Of a stretch of DNA of 64,000 bases, positions 27,405 through 37,173 are shown piece by piece (position 1 is the first letter of the stretch; each line of letters opens with the position of its first letter). A program made the position numbers and the translations under genes. The notes under the pieces are model-generated. The model did no database searches, was not told the DNA's origin, and was given only the letters and a program-made list of their open reading frames with translations. The stretch comes from Polyangia bacterium (lineage in GTDB: Bacteria > Myxococcota_A > Polyangia > Fen-1088), in contig DATATI010000050.1 of assembly GCA_036268875.1 (NCBI GenBank), forward strand, positions 5,770 through 69,769, in the 5' to 3' direction.

Positions 27405-28280
27405 GTGAAAGAAACCAAGTCGTCCATGAACCGATCAAGCAAGGGCAAGGGCAAGGGCAATCGCAACCGCGGCAACAAGGACGCCACGAGGGAGGAAGGC
27501 GACCAGAAACAGAACGCCGCCGGCCACTCGCACCTCGCCTATCACGAGCCGTCCTTTCTCGACAGCAACGAAGCGCGCCCGCTGCGAATCATGGCCGAAT
27601 ACCTTGATCCGCTGCGCCGCCTGCAAGACGAGCGCGTCCACGACACCGTGGTGTTCTTCGGTTCGGCGCGGCTCACCGAGACGGGACCAATGGGGCTTTA
27701 CTATCGAGACGCGCGGGAGCTGGCGCGCTGTCTGACGGCTTGGTCGATGACACTGCCGGGGGCGCGACGTTTCGTCGTCTGCTCGGGAGGTGGGGGCGGC
27801 ATCATGGAAGCAGCCAATCGCGGCGCCGCCGACGCCGGGGGGCGCACCATCGGGTTCAACATCGGATTGCCACACGAGCAACGACCCAATCCCTATGTGC
27901 CGCCCGAGTTGAGCTTTGAATTTCACTACTTTTTCATGCGCAAGCTGTGGTTTTCGTACCTGGCGCGCGCCATGGTGGTTTTTCCGGGCGGGTTCGGCAC
28001 CCTGGACGAGACCTTCGAATTTCTGACTTTGACCCAGACCCGCAAGCTGGAACGAGAGATCCCCATCGTGCTTTACGGATCGGCTTACTGGAACGAGATC
28101 GTCAATTTCGATGCGCTGGTGCGCCACGACGTCATCGACAGGGACGATCTCAGACTTTTCTCCTTCGCCGACGATCCGCAGACCGTTCTGTCACTGCTAC
28201 AAACCAAGCTGCCGGTGAACGTGGAAACCGCCTCACCGGCCTTGGCCAAGTCCCGCATTCCTCGCCCATCGCGACGCTGA
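27405..28280 (+). CDS. LOG family protein (TIGR00730-like)
   Basis: VVFFGSAR, SGGGGGIMEAANRGA, EQRPNPY, FHYFFMRK, PGGFGTLDE. Confidence 0.92.
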   Translation: MKETKSSMNRSSKGKGKGNRNRGNKDATREEGDQKQNAAGHSHLAYHEPSFLDSNEARPLRIMAEYLDPLRRLQDERVHDTVVFFGSARLTETGPMGLYYRDARELARCLTAWSMTLPGARRFVVCSGGGGGIMEAANRGAADAGGRTIGFNIGLPHEQRPNPYVPPELSFEFHYFFMRKLWFSYLARAMVVFPGGFGTLDETFEFLTLTQTRKLEREIPIVLYGSAYWNEIVNFDALVRHDVIDRDDLRLFSFADDPQTVLSLLQTKLPVNVETASPALAKSRIPRPSRR

Positions 28281-28334
28281 TCGTGGCACGCGCCGCGCTC
28301 GGAGCCGATCGAGAGTGCGGAATCATGGTGGCCG

Positions 28335-28775
28335 TCAGTCTGTTTTGGACCCACGAACCGTGACCACCGGACACGGCGAATGGCGCAGCACGTGCTCGGC
28401 CACGCTTCCCAGCAGCAACCGATTGACGCCGGTTCGACCGTGCGTGCCCATGACGATCAGGTCGGCCTTCGCATCGCGGGCCGCGGCGACGATGGTTTCT
28501 CCCGGGATTCTGCCTTGGATCAGAACTTTGACGGTCGCCGGCACATCTAACTTTCGTGCCTGCTCCTGCATCGATCGTTCAAGGTCGAGGATCTCGTCTT
28601 TATTGGGCAGGAGGGGATCGACGACCACCTCGAGCACTCCCACGGGAAGGGAGTTAATGACATGCACCATCAAGATTGGCTCACCGCCGGTGGTTTTGTG
28701 GAGATCGGCGGCCCACTGCAAGGCGTGAAGCGACGCCCCACCAAAATCGAACGGAATCATGATTCTCGGTTTCAT
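28335..28775 (-). CDS. Universal stress protein
   Basis: IMIPFDFGG, DLIVMGTHGRTG...LGSVAEHVLRHSPCPVVTV. Confidence 0.93.
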   Translation of the reverse strand: MKPRIMIPFDFGGASLHALQWAADLHKTTGGEPILMVHVINSLPVGVLEVVVDPLLPNKDEILDLERSMQEQARKLDVPATVKVLIQGRIPGETIVAAARDAKADLIVMGTHGRTGVNRLLLGSVAEHVLRHSPCPVVTVRGSKTD

Positions 28776-28993
28776 GGTGCCCCTCTGTGTTTGCGTATCG
28801 CGCGAAAGAAACCTTCTGCAGGGCCAGGGCCAATCACGGCGCGCTCAGGACGCCGCCGCGCCGAGATTCCCCGCTGCGAGAGCGCAGATTTTGCGACCGC
28901 GTCCGTCCGACGCGCAGAAGGTGCCGAGCTCCAAGGAGACCATAACAGCGCTCGAAGACGGCTGGTGAGAACATCGGCACAGGCAATGCAATT

Positions 28994-29440
28994 ATGCGCA
29001 CCATGATCAATCTACGAAAGATGAACCGTCGGACGATCACCATAACAGCCGCGCTGGCAGCCTTTCTTGTCTCGGCGTGCGCCACCACCACGACGTGGAC
29101 GGCTCCGCCCGGAGGAAACTGGGTCCGTCCCGGCCACGTGGAATCCGTGCAGGAGATCGTGCAACGAACCGAGGGAAATCCTGCCGGAGGAGCCTTGGCC
29201 GGCGCACTGATTGGCGGATTTCTCTTTCACGGACGAGGGCCGGCCCGCCTGTTCGGCATGGCCGGTGGCGCGGCGGTTGGCGCGGCGGCCAGCCAAGGGG
29301 GACGCGAGGACCGCACCTATCAAGTGCTGGTGCGGTTCGACGACGACGGAGAATACGGCGTGTTCCTTTATCGTAACTATTCTCCCTTCCAGCCCGGACA
29401 ATTGGTGGTGCTGACACCGCGCGGACTGGCGCAACGCTGA
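28994..29440 (+). CDS. Glycine-zipper outer membrane lipoprotein (SlyB-like)
   Basis: LVSAC lipobox; GGALAGALIGG...GMAGGAAVGAAA; YQVLVRFDD. Confidence 0.8.
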   Translation: MRTMINLRKMNRRTITITAALAAFLVSACATTTTWTAPPGGNWVRPGHVESVQEIVQRTEGNPAGGALAGALIGGFLFHGRGPARLFGMAGGAAVGAAASQGGREDRTYQVLVRFDDDGEYGVFLYRNYSPFQPGQLVVLTPRGLAQR

Positions 29441-29470
29441 TCTGGCGCAGCGTCGCCAGGCGGCCAAGGC

Positions 29471-30685
29471 CTATGGTTCGACGTATCGCCACAGTCCCGT
29501 CGCCCACATCGAACCGACGAAGATGGTGCGCGTGCCGTCGGAGGTGACGGCGACGCTGTTCGGGCCCCAGACCAGACCGGCGGGCAAGGTCGGTCCTTTC
29601 GACCAGTCGGTGCCCGGTTGGGCGGCGGTCTGAAACTGCGGTCCCCCTTCGTTGAGGCCACAGCTGGCGCAGGCCCAGCCCCACATGCCGTAGACCGTCT
29701 TCGACGAACCCCAGACGATCGCCACGTTGCCCATCGCCACCCGGGTCCAATGAGCGCCGAGATCCGTGCTGCGATACACGCCGCTACCGGCGGCGGCCTG
29801 CCCTCCGCCGATGAACAGCGTTTGGCCCATCTGGTAAAGCTGCGAGCCGCCGTGCGGATGCTGCAGCCCTTCGATGCCGCTCGGCTTTACCCAGGTCGCG
29901 CCACCATCGCTGGTCATGATCGCCGAGCCGCCGTCCTGGGCGATGGCGAACCAGGTCTTGCGCGTCGTCGCGGCCGCGCCGGTGTCGACGAAGAAGGGAA
30001 ACCACGAGATGCCGCCCGTCGGCCATCCGGTGCCCGATGCCAGCGTCCAGGTCTCGCCGCCGTCAGTGGATTCGGCGACCTGGTCTGCTTCGTGAAAGCC
30101 GGTGATGAGGTGCGTGGGGTCGTTGGGATCGACGACGATCGAATAAAAGCTGGCGTCGTTCTTCTTGGACAGTGCGCCGGTCAGCCGGAAGGTGAGCCCG
30201 CCGTCCGTGGACTTGAAGACCTTCTGGTCGCCGATGACATTGGCCATCCACAGCGTGGCCGGCGTCGTGCCCGCCACGGCCAGCACGTGCCCCAGCGGCA
30301 AGTACGGCGGGTTGGGCTGACTGGGCAGCATCGCCCAGGTCTTGCCATAGTCGGTGGACTTCCAGATCGAGCCATAACCGCCGACGTACAGATCGCTCGG
30401 GCGGGCCGGATCGGTGACGATGTTGCCGACGCCAAAGCCGCCCGATCCGGTAAACAGCGACGCCGGCATCGCCGGTGAGGTCACGTTCTCCCAGACGCCC
30501 GGCGTGCCGGTCGCCGGTTTCAACATCACGTCGGGCTTGCTCTCGGCACCGTCTGCCGCGGCGTCCAGGTTGGCGTTCATGCCCCCGGTTCCCGATGGCG
30601 CGCCGCTGGCCGCGCTTTGCCGACCACCGCTGCAGGCCATGGCCAGCGTGACAGTGAGACAGACAATCGACAGCGGTCTCGTCAT
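29471..30685 (-). CDS. BNR/Asp-box beta-propeller lipoprotein
   Basis: LAMAC lipobox; repeated KSTDYGKTW, KSTDGGLTF, ESTDGGETW, TSDGGATW, RSTDLGAHW. Confidence 0.87.
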   Translation of the reverse strand: MTRPLSIVCLTVTLAMACSGGRQSAASGAPSGTGGMNANLDAAADGAESKPDVMLKPATGTPGVWENVTSPAMPASLFTGSGGFGVGNIVTDPARPSDLYVGGYGSIWKSTDYGKTWAMLPSQPNPPYLPLGHVLAVAGTTPATLWMANVIGDQKVFKSTDGGLTFRLTGALSKKNDASFYSIVVDPNDPTHLITGFHEADQVAESTDGGETWTLASGTGWPTGGISWFPFFVDTGAAATTRKTWFAIAQDGGSAIMTSDGGATWVKPSGIEGLQHPHGGSQLYQMGQTLFIGGGQAAAGSGVYRSTDLGAHWTRVAMGNVAIVWGSSKTVYGMWGWACASCGLNEGGPQFQTAAQPGTDWSKGPTLPAGLVWGPNSVAVTSDGTRTIFVGSMWATGLWRYVEP

Positions 30686-30845
30686 CGGTCGATTGTAAAT
30701 CGAAACTCGTTGGCTTTCTGAGCGACGTCTCCGCCACTGATCATACCGATGATGGCGGACCGTGATCCGCTGACGCCAATTTCGGCGATCGGTCTGACCA
30801 ACTGAGACGTGTTCAGGTGCGAAGGCGCCGAGTTAAAGTTCGCAG

Positions 30846-31856
30846 ATGCGCGCGACGCACGGACCGCGATCGAAACGCTTCTTGATTTTGGTGACGGCAG
30901 CGCTGCTAGCGGGTTGCGGCCAGGCGTCACAGAACAGCGGCACGGGCGGCGCCGGCACGGGTGGCGGTGCGGGCGATGCCTCGGCCAGCGGCGATCGTCC
31001 CGTCGACAGCGGCGCCGGTGGCGCCGGCGGAACGGCGAGCGGGACGGGCGGCCAGGCCCTGGATGCGGCGCAAGGAGAGGTCGACACCGCTCTTCCCGCC
31101 GACGCGAACGGAGCCGACGGGCCGATCGATCAAGCGGCCGGGATGGGCCTTGCCATGGGCGTGCACACGGCGCGCGCGCTCGGGACCAAGGTGGGGGCGC
31201 CGAACGGCTACTGGGAATATCTGCCGCCCGGTTACGGCGACGGCGCCCAACGTCCGTTGCTGATCTTCTGGCACGGCAGCGGCGAAAAAGGGGACGGCAG
31301 CGCCGCCCAGCTGCCCAGGATCCTCACCCACGGCCCGCCCAAGTTGATCGCGGCGGGGCAGTGGCCGGCCGATCGTCCGTTCATCGTGCTGTCGCCGCAG
31401 CACAACCTGCCGGACTGCTTCCAGGCCGGCGACGCCCACCGCGACTTTCTGAACTACGCCGTGGGCGCCTATGACGTCGATCCAGCGCGCGTGTACCAGA
31501 CCGGCCTCAGCTGCGGCGCGATCGGGACCGAGGACTTCCTCGCCCGCTACGGTCCGTCGCAGCTGGCCGCCGCCGTCCTGATCTCTGGCGACGTCACGCC
31601 GATGTGGGACGCCCGCGGCTGCGGCCTGGTGGCCAACCTGGCGCTGTGGACGTTTCACGGCAGCGCCGACACCACCGTCTTGCCCGCCGGCGACAACACC
31701 GACATGCCGAAGTTCATCGCCTGCCCGCAGCCTCCGCGCAAGGATGTTCGCTACACCGTCTATCCCGGCGTCGACCACGACGCGTGGACGCAGACCTACG
31801 ATCTGTCGTCGGGGAACGACATCTACGCCTGGTTGTTGATGCAGAAGCATCCGTGA
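30846..31856 (+). CDS. Lipoprotein alpha/beta-hydrolase (esterase/peptidase)
   Basis: LAGC lipobox, Gly-rich linker, FWHGSGE, GLSCG nucleophile elbow, FHGSAD, HDAW. Confidence 0.85.
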   Translation: MRATHGPRSKRFLILVTAALLAGCGQASQNSGTGGAGTGGGAGDASASGDRPVDSGAGGAGGTASGTGGQALDAAQGEVDTALPADANGADGPIDQAAGMGLAMGVHTARALGTKVGAPNGYWEYLPPGYGDGAQRPLLIFWHGSGEKGDGSAAQLPRILTHGPPKLIAAGQWPADRPFIVLSPQHNLPDCFQAGDAHRDFLNYAVGAYDVDPARVYQTGLSCGAIGTEDFLARYGPSQLAAAVLISGDVTPMWDARGCGLVANLALWTFHGSADTTVLPAGDNTDMPKFIACPQPPRKDVRYTVYPGVDHDAWTQTYDLSSGNDIYAWLLMQKHP

Positions 31857-31921
31857 GGACCGGCTGATCATCGCGCTGTTGCTGCGCCGGCCGCAAAGGT
31901 GGCATTGTCGCAGCAAGAAAA

Positions 31922-34000
31922 GTGCGACCTTCTCGACGATGGCGTTCATTGAGTGTGGTGGCGGCGGCGTTCGCCGTGGCCGGGGCGTGGCCGGCGCGCG
32001 CGGACAATGACGCAGCGCCAAAGCCGTTGCGGGTGGTCTCGCCGGGCCAGGTGCTGGCGGTCGAGCTCGACTTCACCTGGAATCGCCGGCCTGTCTATCG
32101 AGTGAGCCGCTTCGGCGAGCCGGTCATCACCGACTCGTGGCTGGGGTTCGCGCTGAAGGAGGGCGGTCGGCTGGATCGCGACCTGGCGGTCGTCGACGAA
32201 GCCCGGCGCAGCGTCGACCAAACCTGGGAGCAGCCGTGGGGCGAGCGGCGCTTCGTGCGCGATCACTACAACGAGCTGCGCGTGCGGCTGGCAGAGCGCT
32301 CGGGCGCGCGGCGCCAGCTGGTGATCGTCTTTCGCGTCTTCGACGACGGCGTGGGGTTTCGTTACGAGTTCCCCGACCAGCCGGCGCTGAAGGACGTGAT
32401 CATCGACGACGAGCTGACCGAGTTCAGCGTCGCCGCCCCCAGCACCGCCTGGTGGATCCCGGCCGGCCAGCCCACCGATCTGGAGCTGCCGATTCACCAG
32501 ACGCCGCTCGCCGAGGTCTCGGCCGCGCAAACGCCGCTGACGCTGCGGACGCGCAACGGACTGCACATCGCCCTGCACGAGGCGGCGCTGGTCGACTATG
32601 CCGGGATGCGACTGCGCCGCACCGACGAGCAGCACCTGGTGGCCGAGTTGGCGCCTTCGTCGGAGGGGTGGCGCGTGCGCCGGTCGGCGCCCTTCGTGAC
32701 CCCCTGGCGAACCATCCAGATCGCCGACAGCGCGCCGGCGCTGTACCGGTCATCGGATCTGATCCTGAACCTGAACGAGCCGAACAAGCTCGGTGACGTC
32801 TCGTGGGTGAAGCCGGGCAAGTTCATCGGCGTCTGGTGGGAGATGCACCTTGATCACTGGACCTGGGGCACCGGGCCGCGCCACGGCGCCACCACCGCGC
32901 ACGCCAAGCGCTATATCGACTTCGCGGCCAAGAACGGCTTTGCCGGCGTGCTGGTGGAAGGGTGGAACGTCGGCTGGGACGGCGACTGGCAGGCCAACGG
33001 CGACCGCTTTGACTTCACGCGGGCGACGCCCGACTTCGATCTGAAAACCGTGGCGTCGTATGCCCGCTCCAAAGGCGTCACGCTGATCGGCCACCACGAA
33101 ACCGCCGGCGCCGTCAGCCACTATGAAGACCAATTGGCGGCGGCGCTGGATCTCTATCGCAGCGTCGGCGTCGATTCGGTGAAGACCGGCTATGTCGCCG
33201 ACGCCAACCAGATCGAGCGGCGCGACGCCGCGGGCGTCGTGCACCACGAATGGCACGATGGCCAGTTCATGGCCCGCCATCACCTGAAGGTGGTCACCGA
33301 GGCGGCGCGGCGGCACATCACCATCGATTCGCACGAGCCGATCAAGGACACCGGCCTGCGCCGCACCTACCCGAACTGGCTGTCCCGCGAAGGGGCGCGC
33401 GGGATGGAGTGGAACGCCTGGGGCCACCCGGTGAACGATCCCGACCACGAGGCGATGCTGGTCTTCACGCGCATGCTGTCCGGGCCGTTCGACTTCACGC
33501 CCGGCATCTTCGTGCTGGATCCCACCCAGCCCGGCTGCCGGGTGAAGAGCACGCTGGCCAAGCAGCTGGCTCTGTACGTGGTGCTGTACAGCCCTCTGCA
33601 GATGGCCGCCGATCGCATCGAGAACTACGAAGCCAACCCGCGGCCGTTCCAGTTCATCAAGGACGTCCCCACCGACTGGGCCGAGACGGTGGTGGTGAAC
33701 GGCGAGATCGGCGATTACGTCACCATCGCCCGCAAGGATCGCCACAGCGAGAACTGGTACCTGGGCGCTATCACGGACGAGGAAGGGCGGGTGCTCTCGG
33801 TGCCGCTCGGCTTTCTGACGCCGCAGCGCCGCTACCGCGCGCAGATCTATCGCGACGGCGACGGCGCCCACTGGAAGACGGCGCCGCTGCAGATCGCCAT
33901 CGAGGACAAAGAGGTCACCAGCGCCGACACGCTGACGCTGCGGCTGGCGGCAGGCGGCGGGCAGGCCATTCGCTTCGTGCCGCTGCCGGCACGGCGCTGA
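31922..34000 (+). CDS. Glycoside hydrolase family 97 (SusB-like)
   Basis: GH97_N (FRVFDDGVGFRY), YIDFAAKNG..VLVEGWN, HHETAG, GARGMEW, RMLSGPFDFTPG, LALYVVLYSPLQMAAD. Confidence 0.95.
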   Translation: MRPSRRWRSLSVVAAAFAVAGAWPARADNDAAPKPLRVVSPGQVLAVELDFTWNRRPVYRVSRFGEPVITDSWLGFALKEGGRLDRDLAVVDEARRSVDQTWEQPWGERRFVRDHYNELRVRLAERSGARRQLVIVFRVFDDGVGFRYEFPDQPALKDVIIDDELTEFSVAAPSTAWWIPAGQPTDLELPIHQTPLAEVSAAQTPLTLRTRNGLHIALHEAALVDYAGMRLRRTDEQHLVAELAPSSEGWRVRRSAPFVTPWRTIQIADSAPALYRSSDLILNLNEPNKLGDVSWVKPGKFIGVWWEMHLDHWTWGTGPRHGATTAHAKRYIDFAAKNGFAGVLVEGWNVGWDGDWQANGDRFDFTRATPDFDLKTVASYARSKGVTLIGHHETAGAVSHYEDQLAAALDLYRSVGVDSVKTGYVADANQIERRDAAGVVHHEWHDGQFMARHHLKVVTEAARRHITIDSHEPIKDTGLRRTYPNWLSREGARGMEWNAWGHPVNDPDHEAMLVFTRMLSGPFDFTPGIFVLDPTQPGCRVKSTLAKQLALYVVLYSPLQMAADRIENYEANPRPFQFIKDVPTDWAETVVVNGEIGDYVTIARKDRHSENWYLGAITDEEGRVLSVPLGFLTPQRRYRAQIYRDGDGAHWKTAPLQIAIEDKEVTSADTLTLRLAAGGGQAIRFVPLPARR

Positions 34001-34063
34001 CGACCGCCCCTCGCCTCGCGAAGCTTCCCGCGCGCCCCAGCTTACGTATACTGCTGACCGTCG

Positions 34064-35377
34064 ATGGCGACGACCGACGAGATTCTGTGGAACGTGGTGC
34101 AGACACACCTCGACGAGGCGGAGTTCCTCTTTCAACAGTGGTCGGCCGCGGCGCAGTCGCCGCGTTTGAGTCTGGTCGATGTTCGCAAGACGATCGAACG
34201 GCGGCTGCTGGCTCATCTGGACGGCCTGGCGGTGGGCGGCGCGGCGGTCGCCGAGAAGCTGCTCTGGCCGGTGGTGGCGGCCGACACGGAAGCGCCGGCC
34301 TCGACGGTGGCGGCGGCGGCGCTGGCGTTGCTATTGTTGCCCGATCCCCAGACGCCCGAGCGGTTGCTGCAAGCGTTTCGCGCGACGGAAAATGAATCAC
34401 TGGCCAGAGGGCTGGCCAGGGCTTGCAAGGTCGCGCCCCGGTCCGACATCGACGAGTCCCTGCGGCTGGCGCTGTACGCGACGGATTCGCCGGCGGCGCA
34501 GACGGCGCTGCTGGACGTGCTGGCCGCGCGCCGGGTCGATCCGGGCCCGATCCTGGGCGTGCTGCTGACTCATCCCGAGGCCGAGGTGGTGCGGGCGGCG
34601 CTTGGCGCGGCGGCGGCGGTCATCGATCGCGATCGCCTGCGGCAACGGCTGGATGACTGCCTGGCCCACGCGGCAGCGCCGGTGCGCGCGGCGGCGGTGC
34701 GGACGGGGTTGATCTGGAACCTGTCGACGGCGTGGCGGGCGTGCACCACCGAGGCCCGCGCTGGCTCGCCCGAGGCGATGTTCTTGCTGGCCTTGATCGG
34801 CGGCGCGGACGCGGTGGCGCAAATCAGCCCGGCTCTGCAACGTCCCGAACGACGCAAGGCCGCGCTTTTCGCCCTGGGGTTTACCGGCCTCCTCGCCGCG
34901 GTTGATGCTTGTCTGCCGTTTCTCGACGACCCCGACGCGGTCGTGGCCCGGCTGGCGGTGGAGGCGATCGCCAGCATCACGGGACTGCCACTTTATGAAA
35001 GCGCGTTTGCCCGCGCGTCCGACGACGACGCCGGTGATGACGAGCTGCCGCCGCTGGAAGAAGATCTCCGCATCGACCTCATGCCGCTGCCGCACGACGA
35101 TCTGCCGCTGCCCGACGGGCCGAAGGTTCGCGACTGGTGGTCAAAACAGCGGTCGTCTTTCGCGACCAACGATCGCTATCTGCGCGGGGCGCCGCTGTCC
35201 ACCGCGACGGTCAACGACGCGCTGGAGGCGGGTCCTTTGCGCCGGTCGGGAGCCCTGACCTGCGAGATCGCCATCCGCAGCGGCGGTCGCGTGCAACTGG
35301 CGGCCCTTCGCCTGGCCCATCGAACGCCCACCCTGCCCGTCGAAGTTTCGCTGCAACGCAAACCGGCCTGGCGCTGA
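34064..35377 (+). CDS. TIGR02270-family HEAT-repeat protein (T6SS spike-locus associated)
   Basis: ILWNVVQTHLDEAEFL, ERRLLAHLDGL, ALFALGFTG, AVEAIASITGL, LP.PD...V..WW, RYLRG. Confidence 0.82.
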   Translation: MATTDEILWNVVQTHLDEAEFLFQQWSAAAQSPRLSLVDVRKTIERRLLAHLDGLAVGGAAVAEKLLWPVVAADTEAPASTVAAAALALLLLPDPQTPERLLQAFRATENESLARGLARACKVAPRSDIDESLRLALYATDSPAAQTALLDVLAARRVDPGPILGVLLTHPEAEVVRAALGAAAAVIDRDRLRQRLDDCLAHAAAPVRAAAVRTGLIWNLSTAWRACTTEARAGSPEAMFLLALIGGADAVAQISPALQRPERRKAALFALGFTGLLAAVDACLPFLDDPDAVVARLAVEAIASITGLPLYESAFARASDDDAGDDELPPLEEDLRIDLMPLPHDDLPLPDGPKVRDWWSKQRSSFATNDRYLRGAPLSTATVNDALEAGPLRRSGALTCEIAIRSGGRVQLAALRLAHRTPTLPVEVSLQRKPAWR

Positions 35378-35412
35378 CGGCGGAGCCAATGCGACCCGCT
35401 GGGATCGCCGGC

Positions 35413-35970
35413 CTAGTTGATGGCGACCGAGCCGCCCTTGATGCGGTTGACACCGGCGGCGCGAGTCTCGACCTCGATTCCGCGTATCGACACCCGGCCG
35501 TTGCGGCGCAGGGTGATGCTGGCTTCTCCGCAGCGCAGAACGATCTCGTCGCGTCCATCAATCTCGACGCGCCGGCCGTCGACGCGCGCTTCGACGTTGG
35601 TCGTGGCGGCGGCCACGCCCAGCGGTTGCAACAGCCCCAGTAGCACGGGCGGACGGCGCGGCCGCGGATCGACCAAAAGAACGATCTCCTGCGGCGCGCC
35701 GGCTTGCACGGTCAGCCGAACCTGCGCTCCCAAACCAGCGACGCGCGCGTTGACCGGACCGTTCGGGTTGCCGTCGAAGTCGACCAGCGGGCCCTTGTCG
35801 TCCCATCCCACCAGCAAGCCGATGCAGACCGATGGGCCGGCCGCGCGCACGGCCGGCCGCCGCGCTGGCGCCAGCTTGGCGACCCGACCCACTGCCGTCT
35901 TCCGAGCTCGCGACTTGATCACGCGTTTTTCCTCGGCGACGATGTTGGCGCTTCGTCGGTTCGGTCGCAA
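35413..35970 (-). CDS. DUF6484-domain protein
   Basis: GPLVDF...PVNAR...P.LLGLL, then ARVDGRRVEIDGRDEIVLRCGEASITLRRNGRVSIRG...NRIKGGSVAIN; start uncertain. Confidence 0.8.
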   Translation of the reverse strand: MRPNRRSANIVAEEKRVIKSRARKTAVGRVAKLAPARRPAVRAAGPSVCIGLLVGWDDKGPLVDFDGNPNGPVNARVAGLGAQVRLTVQAGAPQEIVLLVDPRPRRPPVLLGLLQPLGVAAATTNVEARVDGRRVEIDGRDEIVLRCGEASITLRRNGRVSIRGIEVETRAAGVNRIKGGSVAIN

Positions 35971-36074
35971 GCGTTAACTCGACCGCCAATTGCCGTCGCT
36001 GCCTCCATTTGTGGGTGGCCGACGGCTCTTATACAGTCCGCGTCACTCTTGACGTAGACTGGGCGCCCCTCGCC

Positions 36075-37169
36075 ATGTGGCAGATTCAGAACCGCACCCC
36101 TTTTGCAGTCGGCCAAGGCTGGATTCGCGATCGGGACGGCGCCGAGACCTGGCTGGTGGTCGTCAAAGCGACGTTCGACATCTTGCCGGATGGATCGACC
36201 AAGGTTTCCCCGGCTCAACCGAAGGTGATCTACTCGCCGGTCCATCGGGGCGAGCCGGGCGCCTCCAGCTTGCTCCTGGAAAACGATTTCGTCCTGGGCA
36301 AGAAGACCACTGACGTCGTCGTCAATGGAACCGCGCACGCCAAAGGGGGCGCGCCGGTCCGCACCATGGACGTGGCAATCCAGGTCGGCCCGGTCAAGAA
36401 GGTGTTGAAGGTGTTCGGCGAGCGGGTCTGGGGGCCGCGCGGAACTTGGCTGTCGCCGCCCGTTCCTTTCGTCAGCATGCCTTTGACCTATGAACGGGCC
36501 TTCGGCGGCGTCGACAAGAAATCGGAGCATCCCGAGATCGACTGGTACTGGCCGAATCCCGTCGGCGCCGGCTTTGTCAAATCTCGGTCGCACATCGAGG
36601 GCCTGCGGGCGGCCAACGTGGAATATCCGGGCGATCCGATCAAGGACTGGGATTCCAAACCGGCGCCCGCTGGCCTGGGGATCATCAGCAGCCACTGGAA
36701 GGAACGCGCGGCGTTCGCCGGAACCTACGACGCCGCCTGGGAGCAAAAGCGGCAGCCGCTGCTGCCAACCGACTTCGACATCCGGCACCTGCAGACGGTG
36801 CCCAAGGATCAACAGTCGCCCACGTTCATGCGCGGGGGCGAACCGGTCGCGCTGCTGGGTCTGACACCGTCGGGAACGCTTCGTTTCGCCTTGCCGTCCG
36901 TCGATCTGTCGCTGGTGACGCATTTCATGGACGGCGAGCGCCGGGCTCACCAGCCGCCGGCGCTGCACACGGTGATCCTCGAGCCCGATCTGTTGCGCGT
37001 GTCGCTGGTGTGGCACAGCGCCGTCGAATGCCATCCCAAGGTTCACAAACTGGAGAAGACCGTCGTCGAACTTCGCAAACCAGTGCAGCGCAGGACGGAC
37101 GACGTGACTGGCGACGAGGACGACGACGGTGGCGAGGAAGGCGTGGACAATCTCCTTGACCTCATCTAA
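36075..37169 (+). CDS. DUF2169 T6SS effector adaptor
   Basis: MWQIQNRTPF, VVVKATFDI, DFVLGKKTTDVVVNGTAHA, YERAFGG, NPVGAGF, W..R..FAGTYD..W, TVILEPD...LVW. Confidence 0.93.
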   Translation: MWQIQNRTPFAVGQGWIRDRDGAETWLVVVKATFDILPDGSTKVSPAQPKVIYSPVHRGEPGASSLLLENDFVLGKKTTDVVVNGTAHAKGGAPVRTMDVAIQVGPVKKVLKVFGERVWGPRGTWLSPPVPFVSMPLTYERAFGGVDKKSEHPEIDWYWPNPVGAGFVKSRSHIEGLRAANVEYPGDPIKDWDSKPAPAGLGIISSHWKERAAFAGTYDAAWEQKRQPLLPTDFDIRHLQTVPKDQQSPTFMRGGEPVALLGLTPSGTLRFALPSVDLSLVTHFMDGERRAHQPPALHTVILEPDLLRVSLVWHSAVECHPKVHKLEKTVVELRKPVQRRTDDVTGDEDDDGGEEGVDNLLDLI

Positions 37170-37173
37170 GGCC

